A DNA stretch of 54,713 bases, from NCBI GenBank assembly GCA_037443035.1, contig JBBIPC010000023.1, positions 7,613-62,325 on the forward strand, given 5' to 3'. The notes under the pieces were generated by a model, which was not told where the DNA came from, ran no database searches, and worked only from the letters and a program-made list of their open reading frames with translations. The DNA comes from Chthonomonadales bacterium. Its GTDB lineage: Bacteria; Armatimonadota; Chthonomonadetes; Chthonomonadales; CAJBBX01. Position 1 is the stretch's first letter. The number at the start of each line of letters is the position of its first letter. Below, piece by piece: positions 37,091 through 45,846 of this stretch. A program made the position numbers and the translations under genes.

Positions 37091-38827
37091 CTATTCTGTA
37101 CGCGGGTGCGCCCGCGCGGCGGTTTCCGCAATCGCGTCCAACATTGCGACGACCTCTTCGTCCAAATCCGCCGTGTCTACGAATCGGGCCAGGATGTGAT
37201 AATCGGACTTGCGTACGAGATCGGCCATGCCCACACGCTCGTAGAACCGGGGGAAGAGCCGGTCGAGGAAATCGTCGCTTGCCTTTACGTCTCGCCAGTA
37301 CGGATCGTGGGGATCCCGCAGAGCGATGGGTGGAACGAGCTCCTCGATGGTGATCTGCATGGCCTCCCGTATGCGTACCTTGTCCGGGGCAACGAATATC
37401 GGTCCTGCCGCGGAGCGCTCCGCCAGATCCTCGGCAAACGCCAGCAGCGTCGCAGGACTGCACAGATAGTTCTCGATTTCTCGCCGCTTCCATGCGATCT
37501 CACGAAGGGGCCATTCGGACGAGAGATCCCTATCGAGGCGATCATAGATGGCGAGGCCGACGAGATCCGGCTTGGCCTCGCGCAATCCGAAAAAGTGCTC
37601 GCGGGCGCGGCTGGGAATGTTCCGCACCACATGCAAGAACGGCCGCTCGAGTGCGTCGGCTGCCGGATGTTGCAGCTTCTCGGCGAACGCGCGCAGGATG
37701 GCCAGGTCGGTCGAGCCCTCGAGATAGAGAACCCAGCCTGTCTGCTCCGCCTGATAATACTGGTCGAAGCCGATCTCACGGAGCGACTTGAGGACTTGGC
37801 TGCCCCGGTCGTCGATGCGATACGGTGTCCCCACGAACGCGATGACGACGTCGCGGTCCGCCGCCTCGTTGAGGAGCACCTCGGAATGGCTTGCCGCGAT
37901 GACTTGGCAACCCGTCTCGCGTGCGGCCTCCACGAGCACCTCGTAGATTTGGCGCTGGCGCAGGCACTCGAGATGCGCATCCGGCTCGTCCAGCAAGAGG
38001 ACGGAACCCGGGTTGGCGCTGATATACGCCAAGAGCAACAAGGTCTGATGAAGACCGCGCCCAGCCGACGCGAGATCCAGACGGACTTTCGAGCGCTCAC
38101 GGTAGGAAAGCAGGATCTCGCTTCTCTCGGGGATCAGCTTTGGCTCGTCCAGCTCGACCCCGAAGAGGCGGTTCAGCCGCGTCGTCAAACGGTCCCACTT
38201 CGCTTTTCCATCCTCCGACTGCCACACCTGCCAGCACAGGTTGCGTAGCACTTCCGCCGTGCGCCCCTGGCCGACGAGCACGCTGATCTCGCCTGGTTGC
38301 TTGATGAACTCCACGTCGGCCAGGCCCGACATGGGAGGCAGGAAAGTGGTCCGTACTTCCAGGTCCTGGGGAACCGGCATGCGCTGTGAACCGTCGGGTG
38401 TTAGGCGCAACGGCCGACAATACAACGACTCCGCGTTGGCATAGTCGAACTCCAGGCCGCACTTCCAGTTGCGCCCGGGCTCGACACCCTCCACCAAGAT
38501 CTCCATTCGGATGTTCTGGGTGTCCAGCCTCCCAGTGGTGCGCCGGATCTCACGCGTATGCAAATCGCGCCATAGCAGGTCCGCATCGGGCACAGGCATC
38601 GCGTACAGGTCGCGTCGGTTGATCGTCACGCCCGGACGCCGGTCGGGGGGTCTTGTCCCTTTGCGCTTCTCGTTCCAACGTCGCAGCCCGATGTCCCACA
38701 AGGCAAGAGCCTGGAGCGCCGTGGTCTTCCCGGAGTTGTTCGGCCCGATGAAGACGACGGGGTTGCCGAGCTCGATGGTCACGTCCTCGAACCGCTTGAA
38801 GGTCCGTATCTGGACACGTGTGAGCAT
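37091..38827 (-). CDS. ABC-type (AAA_15/AAA_21) ATPase fused to TOPRIM-like domain, OLD-family-like
   Basis: Walker A GPNNSGKT, signature SAGRG, Walker B LLLDEPDAHL, H-loop ASHS; LYLEGSTD, YDRLD, REIENYL. Confidence 0.85.
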   Translation of the reverse strand: MLTRVQIRTFKRFEDVTIELGNPVVFIGPNNSGKTTALQALALWDIGLRRWNEKRKGTRPPDRRPGVTINRRDLYAMPVPDADLLWRDLHTREIRRTTGRLDTQNIRMEILVEGVEPGRNWKCGLEFDYANAESLYCRPLRLTPDGSQRMPVPQDLEVRTTFLPPMSGLADVEFIKQPGEISVLVGQGRTAEVLRNLCWQVWQSEDGKAKWDRLTTRLNRLFGVELDEPKLIPERSEILLSYRERSKVRLDLASAGRGLHQTLLLLAYISANPGSVLLLDEPDAHLECLRQRQIYEVLVEAARETGCQVIAASHSEVLLNEAADRDVVIAFVGTPYRIDDRGSQVLKSLREIGFDQYYQAEQTGWVLYLEGSTDLAILRAFAEKLQHPAADALERPFLHVVRNIPSRAREHFFGLREAKPDLVGLAIYDRLDRDLSSEWPLREIAWKRREIENYLCSPATLLAFAEDLAERSAAGPIFVAPDKVRIREAMQITIEELVPPIALRDPHDPYWRDVKASDDFLDRLFPRFYERVGMADLVRKSDYHILARFVDTADLDEEVVAMLDAIAETAARAHPRTE

Positions 38828-38867
38828 TGGCGCCACTCCCCGTCGAGGCGGTCCTCTCCTTGCCTCC

Positions 38868-39716
38868 TCACAATCCCTTGCGGCCTTGGATACGCTCGGC
38901 TTCCAGGGACTGGGCGATGGCCGCGCGGGCTTCCTGGATCATGTCGGCCACCTCGTCGGTCCGGTAGGTACGGCGTTCGAAGGGCCGGGTGCGTACGAGC
39001 TGCAGGAACGATTCGAACTCGGCGAAGTAGGAGCCGTAGATGTGGAACGAGTCGGCGATGTGGGTGTATTGTCCCGGCACGATGGGCGTCTGCAAGCGCT
39101 GGGACAGCTCCTCGGCCATGACGCGTTGCAGGTCCGTGAATGCGTACATATTCATGAAAGCCGCTTTGAACGCATCATTGGAGCGCATGTGAATGTTCAG
39201 AACCAGCCGTCCGTCGAACACCCGAAACCACATCCTCTGGAGGCATGGCGGGTCCACGATGCCCGCATCCTCCCAGGGTTTCCATATGATGGCCTGGGCC
39301 CGCCTGGTGTGGGTGGCCTGCACCAGCGCATCCAGCACCTGCTCCAGTTGGTTCACGGTCACGCCGCCCGGCACACTGTAGCGCGTCAGCCGGTCGTGAT
39401 AGGTGTACTCCCACTTGCCCGCCGCGGGGTCTATCCAGTGGTCGTGGATGCCGTCCACTACCTCCTGCCGATAGGCCTCCAGCTCGCCGATGCCACCCGG
39501 TAGGGCGCGATGGATGCGCGGTTCGGCGAAGGGGTCGGTGACGACGATGACGGCCAGGGCGTCGCGGCTGGGCGGATCGGCGGGTGCGTCGTATTGCGTC
39601 GGGATGGGCACGCCGCGCTCCCAGGTCTCCAGGACGGCCCGCTCCCACGCCTCGGGGAGGTTCCGGCCCAACACGTGAACGATGGGCAAGTCCATTCTCG
39701 GTTCCTGCTCCGTCAT
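38868..39716 (-). CDS. thyA: Thymidylate synthase, archaeal-type ThyA
   Basis: YTYHDRL, TRRAQA, PPCLQ catalytic Cys, MRSNDAFKAAFMN, YTHIADSFHIY; ATGA overlap with glyS stop. Confidence 0.85.
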   Translation of the reverse strand: MTEQEPRMDLPIVHVLGRNLPEAWERAVLETWERGVPIPTQYDAPADPPSRDALAVIVVTDPFAEPRIHRALPGGIGELEAYRQEVVDGIHDHWIDPAAGKWEYTYHDRLTRYSVPGGVTVNQLEQVLDALVQATHTRRAQAIIWKPWEDAGIVDPPCLQRMWFRVFDGRLVLNIHMRSNDAFKAAFMNMYAFTDLQRVMAEELSQRLQTPIVPGQYTHIADSFHIYGSYFAEFESFLQLVRTRPFERRTYRTDEVADMIQEARAAIAQSLEAERIQGRKGL

Positions 39717-41884
39717 GCCACCACCACCTTCCGGAAATCCGCCAAGACGCGATAGAGGGCGTCCACCAGCCGCAGGAGCGCGAGCCGGTTCTCGCGCAAG
39801 TCGGCGTCGTCGCACATGACGAGCACATCGTCGAAGAAGCGGTTCACGGGGTCCTGCAACGCCTGCAGCGTCCGGTAGACCGCCGTGAAGTCGAACGCCG
39901 CCGCGTCAGCCATTACCCGTTCTACCAAGCCTGCGGCGGTTTCGTAAAGGGGCCGTTCGGCGTCCTCGGTGAAGCGCTCGGGCCGGACGGCGGCCAGCCT
40001 CTCCTGGAGCGCCGCGATCCAGAAGCCTGCGGCCCCATCTCGATAGCGGTCCAGCAGGCTATCCACGTCGGGCTCCAGTTTGGGCGGCAGCGAGAGAATG
40101 TTGGCGGTCCGGGCAGCGGCTTGGACCGTCGGCACGAAGGTTTGGTCGTCGGCCACGGATTGCAGCGTCTGCGCCCGCCGCACGACGGCATGGACCAGGG
40201 TTCCCTCGCCCAGACCCGCGGACAGGGCCGCGTCGCGCAAGTCGTAGCGCACGCCGTGCTCTTCGAGATAGGCATCCACCCGCTGATCGAAGAGCGTCGC
40301 GAGGAGGCCCGTCAGGTCCTTGCGCGGCAGCTCGAGGGCGTTGACGTCCCGATAGGTATCGGCAGTTAGGAGGGCCATGAGCACGACCGGAGGCGCCGCA
40401 GGATCCTCCGCCACGATCTCCGCGACACCCTGGGCTGCGCGCCGGAGGCCGAACGGGTCGGCGGAACCGGTGGGGCTAATGCCCAGGCCCGCATAGCCGG
40501 TCAGCGTATCCATGCGGTCGGCCACGGCGAGTAGCTTGCCCAACGGCGACTGCGGCGGACGGTCGGCGGCGTTGCGTGGTTGGTAGTGTTCGGCGATGGC
40601 ATCGGCGATGCGGGGATCCTCGCCGTGCAGCAGGGCGTATTCGCGGCCCATGATGCCCTGGAGCGCGGGGAGCTCGATAACCATCTGGCTCGTCAGGTCA
40701 GCCTTGCAGAGCAGGGCTGCGCGGCTGGCCCGCTCTCGCTCTTCGGGGGACCAGCCGTACCGATCGGCCAGGGCTGTGGCAAGGCGCACCAGCCTGTCTC
40801 GCTTCTGCGCCATGGTGCCCAGCTTCTCCTGGAAGAGGAGCCGCCCCAGACGTTCGGCCATAGCCTCCAGCGGGATCGTCTTGTCCTGCTCGAAGAAGTG
40901 CTGGGCATCCTCGAAGCGGGCCTTCAGGACCGCCTCGTTGCCAGCTCGGACCGTATCCAGGTGCTCGCTGCCGCCGTTGCGCACGGATACGAAGTAGGGG
41001 AGCAGCCGCCCTTGAGTATCCTCCACGGGGAAGAAGCGCTGATGCTTCTTCATCGCCGTGACCAGCACGGGTCGCGGGGTCTGCAAGAACCGCTCCTCGA
41101 AGCGCCCCAGGATGCACGTGGGCCACTCCACAAGGTGGATGTTCTCCAGCAAGAGGTCCTCGTCCCACGGCACGCGCCCCCCCACGCCCGACGTCAAGGT
41201 CTCGGCCTGTTGGGCGATGGCGGCACGGCGCTCGGCCGGATCCACCATGACGAAGGCCCGCCGCAGCACGTCGAGGTAGGCATCCGCATGTGCCACCGGA
41301 TGGAACCCGCCCGCCAGGTAGCGATGGCCCATGGTCCGCGCACCCGACACCACCCCCGCGAACTCCAGGGGTACCACCTGATCGTCCAAGAGGCAAAGCA
41401 ACCACCGCACCGGACGCACGAACCGCACGGCCCGGTCGCCCCAGCGCATGGTCTTGGGGAAGCTCAGCTCCCGGAGCATCTCCTCGAGCACCGGTCCCAG
41501 CGCCTCCGCCGTGGGCTTGCCCTGGTCCACCACCTGAGCCACGGCGTAGGGGCCTTGGGGGGTTTCCACGCGGCGTAGCGCCGCGACGGGGACGCCCTGC
41601 TTCCGCGCAAAGCCCTGCGCCGCGCCGGTGGGCTTGCCGTTGGCATCGAAGGCCACGTGCCACGCCGGTCCGCGGACCTCGCGCGCCTCGTCGGGCTGGC
41701 GGTCGGGCAATCCTTCCACGAGCACGGCAAGGCGTCGCGGGGTTCCGAGGACCGTGATGTCGGCGAAGGTCAGTCGGGCGCGGCGCAGCTTGTCGGGCAA
41801 CGCGGTGCGGAGCTGCGCCAGGGCGCCCGGCAGCGCCACGGCGGGCATCTCCTCGGTGCCAATCTCGAAGACCAGTTTGGACAT
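39713..41884 (-). CDS. glyS: Glycine--tRNA ligase beta subunit
   Basis: LVFEIGTEEMP, TPRRLAV, KTMRWG..FVRPVRW, GNEAVLKARFEDA, KADL..ELPALQGIMG, TGSADPFGLRR, FFDDVLVM..RENRLALL. Confidence 0.97.
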   Translation of the reverse strand: MSKLVFEIGTEEMPAVALPGALAQLRTALPDKLRRARLTFADITVLGTPRRLAVLVEGLPDRQPDEAREVRGPAWHVAFDANGKPTGAAQGFARKQGVPVAALRRVETPQGPYAVAQVVDQGKPTAEALGPVLEEMLRELSFPKTMRWGDRAVRFVRPVRWLLCLLDDQVVPLEFAGVVSGARTMGHRYLAGGFHPVAHADAYLDVLRRAFVMVDPAERRAAIAQQAETLTSGVGGRVPWDEDLLLENIHLVEWPTCILGRFEERFLQTPRPVLVTAMKKHQRFFPVEDTQGRLLPYFVSVRNGGSEHLDTVRAGNEAVLKARFEDAQHFFEQDKTIPLEAMAERLGRLLFQEKLGTMAQKRDRLVRLATALADRYGWSPEERERASRAALLCKADLTSQMVIELPALQGIMGREYALLHGEDPRIADAIAEHYQPRNAADRPPQSPLGKLLAVADRMDTLTGYAGLGISPTGSADPFGLRRAAQGVAEIVAEDPAAPPVVLMALLTADTYRDVNALELPRKDLTGLLATLFDQRVDAYLEEHGVRYDLRDAALSAGLGEGTLVHAVVRRAQTLQSVADDQTFVPTVQAAARTANILSLPPKLEPDVDSLLDRYRDGAAGFWIAALQERLAAVRPERFTEDAERPLYETAAGLVERVMADAAAFDFTAVYRTLQALQDPVNRFFDDVLVMCDDADLRENRLALLRLVDALYRVLADFRKVVVA

Positions 41885-42035
41885 GGACGGCGGTTCCTTC
41901 CGATAAGGTTCCTCGGTGAGAAGGTCGGCGCGGTGCAGTATGCGCGTCTCGGGCCTTCCCACTCAGGGGACGCTATATTATGCACGGCGGGCGGGCTAAG
42001 GCGGCTCGCGTAGGGTACGGGAGCGCTCGCGGGGG

Positions 42036-43257
42036 TCAAGACACCCCCACCGGAATGGCCCACGCCTGTTCGGTCAGCGGGAGCGCATCGGCGACGAGGC
42101 AGACGACGCCTCCCGGTCCCACGTGAGGACCGAGCGCCGATAGGCGCCGGAAAGCGCCCACATCCGACGCCCTGGGCGATGCGGTTTTCTTGATTTCCAG
42201 GGGGTACAGGGTCCCGTCCTGCACGATCACCACATCTACCTCGAGCCCCCGCGGTCGCGGACGTGCCACAGAGGGTTCAGCCCGTTGTGCCACCACGTCT
42301 TGAGAAGCTCGCCGACGACCCACGTCTCCAGGATCGCGCCCGACATAGCGCCTGCCTCGAGGGATTCGGGCGTCGTCCAACCGGTAAGGTAGGCGCAGAG
42401 GCCGGTGTCGAGGAAATGTAGCTTGGGCGCCTTCACGAGTCGCTTCGTGAGATTGGAATGATACGGCTCGAGGAGGTAGACGATGCCCGACGCCTCGAGG
42501 ATCGAGAGCGAGGCCTTGGCGGTGTTGGGCGCGACGTCGGCATCGCGGGCAAGTTCCGCCATGTTCAGGAGTTGGGCTGTGCGCGCTGCACATGCGCGCA
42601 CAAAGCGCAGGAACGCCAACTCGTCGCCGACGCGTGCGAGGTCGCGCAGGTCGCGCTGCAAGTAGGTCTGCACGTAGGACGCGAAAAAAGCATCCCGCTC
42701 GGGCGATTCTTGGAGTGCGATGGCAGGGGGAGCGAACCGAGCCAGATCCGCCGATAAAGATCGCTCAGCGATACGGGTGGTACCTGGTCCTTCCGCGCCA
42801 GGATGCCGGCCATATCCGGCACGAAGGGTCGGCCCTGATCGCCAAGGCCCAGCGCTTCACGGAGGCTGAGACCGAGCATTCTCACAATCGCCACACGCCC
42901 GGCCAGCGATTCGGACATTCCCTTCATCGCGTGGAACTGCTGCGATCCGGTCAGCCAGAGCATCCCCGGCCGGCGCTCCTCATCCACCAGCATCTTGATA
43001 TGAGGAAGCAACTTTGGCGCGTACTGTATCTCGTCCACCAGCAGCGGCGGCCGGAAGCGCTGGAAGAACAGCGCCGGATCCCTCCGAGCTATATCCAGGA
43101 CGAGGGGATCGTCGAGGGTCACGTAGGTCCGCTGGGGCTCGGCGATGCGCCTCAGCATTGTCGTCTTCCCGACCTGCCTTGCTCCGGTAACGACCACTAC
43201 GGGGAAACGCGCCGAGGCGCGCAGGAGGAAGTCTTCGATTGTGCGGCGGACATACAT
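42036..43257 (-). pseudogene. AAA_14/DUF4143 ATP-binding protein, two frameshifts
   Basis: GARQVGKTT, DEIQY, TGSQ, ESLAGR (frame 1); TYLQRD, KRLVKAPKLHFLDTGL (frame 2); EVDVV..YPLEIK (frame 3); shifts fall at 5-nt homopolymers 42726-42730 and 42246-42250. Confidence 0.85.
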
Positions 43258-43281
43258 CGGAGCCTTCAGCTCAGGCTGATG

Positions 43282-43296
43282 TGCAATGCGATTGCA
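43282..43296. promoter_or_regulatory. Palindrome upstream of the AAA/DUF4143 gene (possible operator)
   Basis: TGCAAT-GCG-ATTGCA, 24 nt upstream of ATG 43257. Confidence 0.4.
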
Positions 43297-43598
43297 TTAC
43301 GGCACCAACTTGCGCGGGAAGTGTCCGGTAGCTGCGGGATCCTCCCGCGCCGGAGTTCCACGAACAACTAACATCCTGCGTCGCGAGATGGCCGGCGTAC
43401 CACGTCGCAAGAAGCGACGGCTACACGCTGCGCGTCCTATCGCGCTCCAGGACCAAAGATGTCCCGCTGTGCATGCATGCCCATGTTCTGCCTCATACTT
43501 CCCCCCGCGTGTCCCCCAACAATCGGAGACACCGGGTCAGATTGTTAGCTGAGGCAGCGATCCTTCTAGCGTCGGATCGTGCACGAAGCGATGCGCTC

Positions 43599-43627
43599 TT
43601 GACACGCATGCTGCCGCTTGCTATACT
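43599..43627 (+). promoter_or_regulatory. Near-consensus sigma70 promoter for the nif3-like gene
   Basis: TTGACA-17 nt-TATACT with TGn extended -10. Confidence 0.75.
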
Positions 43628-43671
43628 CGGCTCCCGCGGGCAGGGGCAGCATCTGGTAGGAGGTTCTGAAG

Positions 43672-44811
43672 GTGGGTCAGGAGCCCAGCACAACGAGCTA
43701 CACCGGCAGCAGACAGGGACGCCGGCGCGGACCGTCGGTAGGCGCCGTGGCGGAGTTCCTGGAGTACCTTTCGCCGTCGGCGCTCTCGTCGCCTGACGTG
43801 CCATGGGGGCTGCAGATCGGGGACCCTGGGGTCACGGTGCGAACGGCGGTCGTCGCGCCGATGGCCACGTTCAACGCTGTCTCCACGGCGGCGGCACGCC
43901 CCGGCTCTCTCCTTATCACGGCTGCGCCTCTCCTCACCCAGCCTTTGCCCACCATACGTTGGGACGACCCTGTAGGCGAACGGATCGCCCACCTCATCGA
44001 AAGGCGCGTCAATCTCTACGCTTTGCCCACAAGCATCGCCGCAGCGCCGGGTGGCCTGGACGACAGTCTGGCGGAGTCTCTGGGGCTTGCAGGTACCTCC
44101 ATGCTCCGCGCGACGGCCTACGAAACGCTCTACAAGATTGCTGTCTATACTCCTGTGGACGCAGCCGATGCGGTCATGCATGCGGCAGCCGAGGCTGGAG
44201 CTGGCCACATCGGCAAGTACAGCCACTGTTCCTTCCAGGTCAGGGGCACCGGCACCTTCCTGCCACGCGAAGGCGCCCAGCCAGCCATTGGCAGCGTCGG
44301 CCAACTCGAACGAGTCGAGGAACTCCGTATCGAGATGGTGGTCCAACAGAGGGAGCTAGAGGGCGTCATCGCCGCCGTGCTCCACGCCCATCCCTACGAA
44401 GAGGTAGCTTACGACGTCTACGCCCTCAAGAATCCGGGCACTCCCTACGGACGGGGGCGTGTGGGAGACCTCCCGTTACAGGTTTCTCTTGATACCGTCC
44501 TATCCCAGGTGCAGGATGCGCTCCCATCCAGTGCCATCCGATGCTCCCATCGCACGCATATGCCCGTCGGCCGGTTGGCGGTAGTCAGCGGCGCATGCGA
44601 TGACCTCATCGCGGCTGCTTCCAGCGCTGGAGCTGGAGCGCTTGTCGTAGGGCTGGCAACCCCCAAAGACTGGATGATCGCCGAGAACAGCGCGACAGTC
44701 CTCATCGAGGTGGGCTACGCCGCATCCGTTGTCCCAGGCCTCCAGCGTCTCTGTACCCAAATTCGGAAGACGTTCGGCCCGGAGGGTATGGAGGTAATCT
44801 GCTGTACATAG
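43672..44811 (+). CDS. Nif3/YqfO-like protein with PII-like insert; metal ligands degenerate
   Basis: GLQIGD, AGAGHIGKYSHCSF..GTGTF, HPYEEVAYD, GRGRVG; AGGAGGT before GTG. Confidence 0.85.
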   Translation: MGQEPSTTSYTGSRQGRRRGPSVGAVAEFLEYLSPSALSSPDVPWGLQIGDPGVTVRTAVVAPMATFNAVSTAAARPGSLLITAAPLLTQPLPTIRWDDPVGERIAHLIERRVNLYALPTSIAAAPGGLDDSLAESLGLAGTSMLRATAYETLYKIAVYTPVDAADAVMHAAAEAGAGHIGKYSHCSFQVRGTGTFLPREGAQPAIGSVGQLERVEELRIEMVVQQRELEGVIAAVLHAHPYEEVAYDVYALKNPGTPYGRGRVGDLPLQVSLDTVLSQVQDALPSSAIRCSHRTHMPVGRLAVVSGACDDLIAAASSAGAGALVVGLATPKDWMIAENSATVLIEVGYAASVVPGLQRLCTQIRKTFGPEGMEVICCT

Positions 44812-44871
44812 GAAGCGGCCGACGCGGCGGCCAAGCCATTATCCATCACCTGCAAGGAGCAACCGCAAGCA

Positions 44872-45825
44872 ATGAAAGTGTACGTAACGCGTATCCTACC
44901 TGAAGCCGGCATGGAGAAGATCCGCGCCTTTGCCGAGACGGAGGTCTGGCCGGAGGACGGTCCGCCACCCAGCCATGTCCTCGTGGAGAAGGTCCGGGAC
45001 ATTGACGGTCTGGTGTGCCTCCTAACGGATCGAGTGGACGATACGCTGCTTTCCCACGCCACTCGGCTGCGCGTCATCAGCCAGATGGCGGTCGGATACG
45101 ATAACATAGACGTTGCCGCCTGCACCGCTCGAGGCATCAAAGTCGGTAACACTCCCGGAGTGTTGACGGAAACGACTGCCGATCTGGCCTTCGCCCTCCT
45201 CATGGCCACGGCCCGGCGACTCCCCGAAGGCGATCGTGCCGTACGGTCCGGGCAATGGCGAACCTGGTCACCCCTGTACATGGCGGGCCAAGATGTCCAC
45301 CATGCCACCATCGGCATCGTCGGCATGGGCCGCATTGGCTACGAGATGGCCCGACGCGCAAGCGGCTTCCAGATGAACATCTTGTACACGGACCAGCGGC
45401 CCAACGAGCATGCCGAACGCGACTTCGGCGCACGGAGGGTGGATCTGCCAGAACTGCTACAACAGAGCGACTTCGTCACGCTCCATACCCCACTTCTCCC
45501 AGAGACGACCGGGCTCATCGGCGCTCGGGAACTGGCCATGATGAAGCGCACGGCCATCCTCATCAACACCTCCCGAGGGCCGGTGGTGGATCAGAAGGCT
45601 CTCTATGAGGCGCTGCGGGATGGCGTGATCGCCGCTGCGGGGTTGGACGTGTTCGAAGTCGAGCCGTTGCCTTTGGATGACCCGCTGGTGACGCTGGACA
45701 ACGTGGTGCTCCTGCCCCACATTGGGTCCGCCTCCATCGCCACACGTACGCGCATGGCCGTCATCGCCGCAGACAATCTCATCGCGGGTCTCAAGGGCGA
45801 ACCGCTCCCCTGTCCGGTGAACTGA
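44872..45825 (+). CDS. D-glycerate dehydrogenase/glyoxylate reductase (D-2-hydroxyacid dehydrogenase)
   Basis: AVGYDNID, NTPGVLTETTAD, GIVGMGRIG, INTSRG, GLDVFEVEP, PHIGSAS. Confidence 0.95.
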   Translation: MKVYVTRILPEAGMEKIRAFAETEVWPEDGPPPSHVLVEKVRDIDGLVCLLTDRVDDTLLSHATRLRVISQMAVGYDNIDVAACTARGIKVGNTPGVLTETTADLAFALLMATARRLPEGDRAVRSGQWRTWSPLYMAGQDVHHATIGIVGMGRIGYEMARRASGFQMNILYTDQRPNEHAERDFGARRVDLPELLQQSDFVTLHTPLLPETTGLIGARELAMMKRTAILINTSRGPVVDQKALYEALRDGVIAAAGLDVFEVEPLPLDDPLVTLDNVVLLPHIGSASIATRTRMAVIAADNLIAGLKGEPLPCPVN

Positions 45826-45846
45826 AGGACAGCCTCTGCCAGGGCC

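Noticed and set aside
38868..39716. ThyA homologue as a phage-type dCMP hydroxymethylase (DNA modification system)
   Set aside because: The specificity position is Asn (dUMP-type) rather than Asp; no glycosyltransferase, kinase or phage genes adjacent; coupled to glyS
41885..42035. T-box riboswitch upstream of glyS
   Set aside because: No TGGNACC T-box bulge or terminator on the minus strand, and the region is short
43286..43598. Small ORFs or ncRNA in the long intergenic region
   Set aside because: No RBS, motif or convincing stable structure recognised
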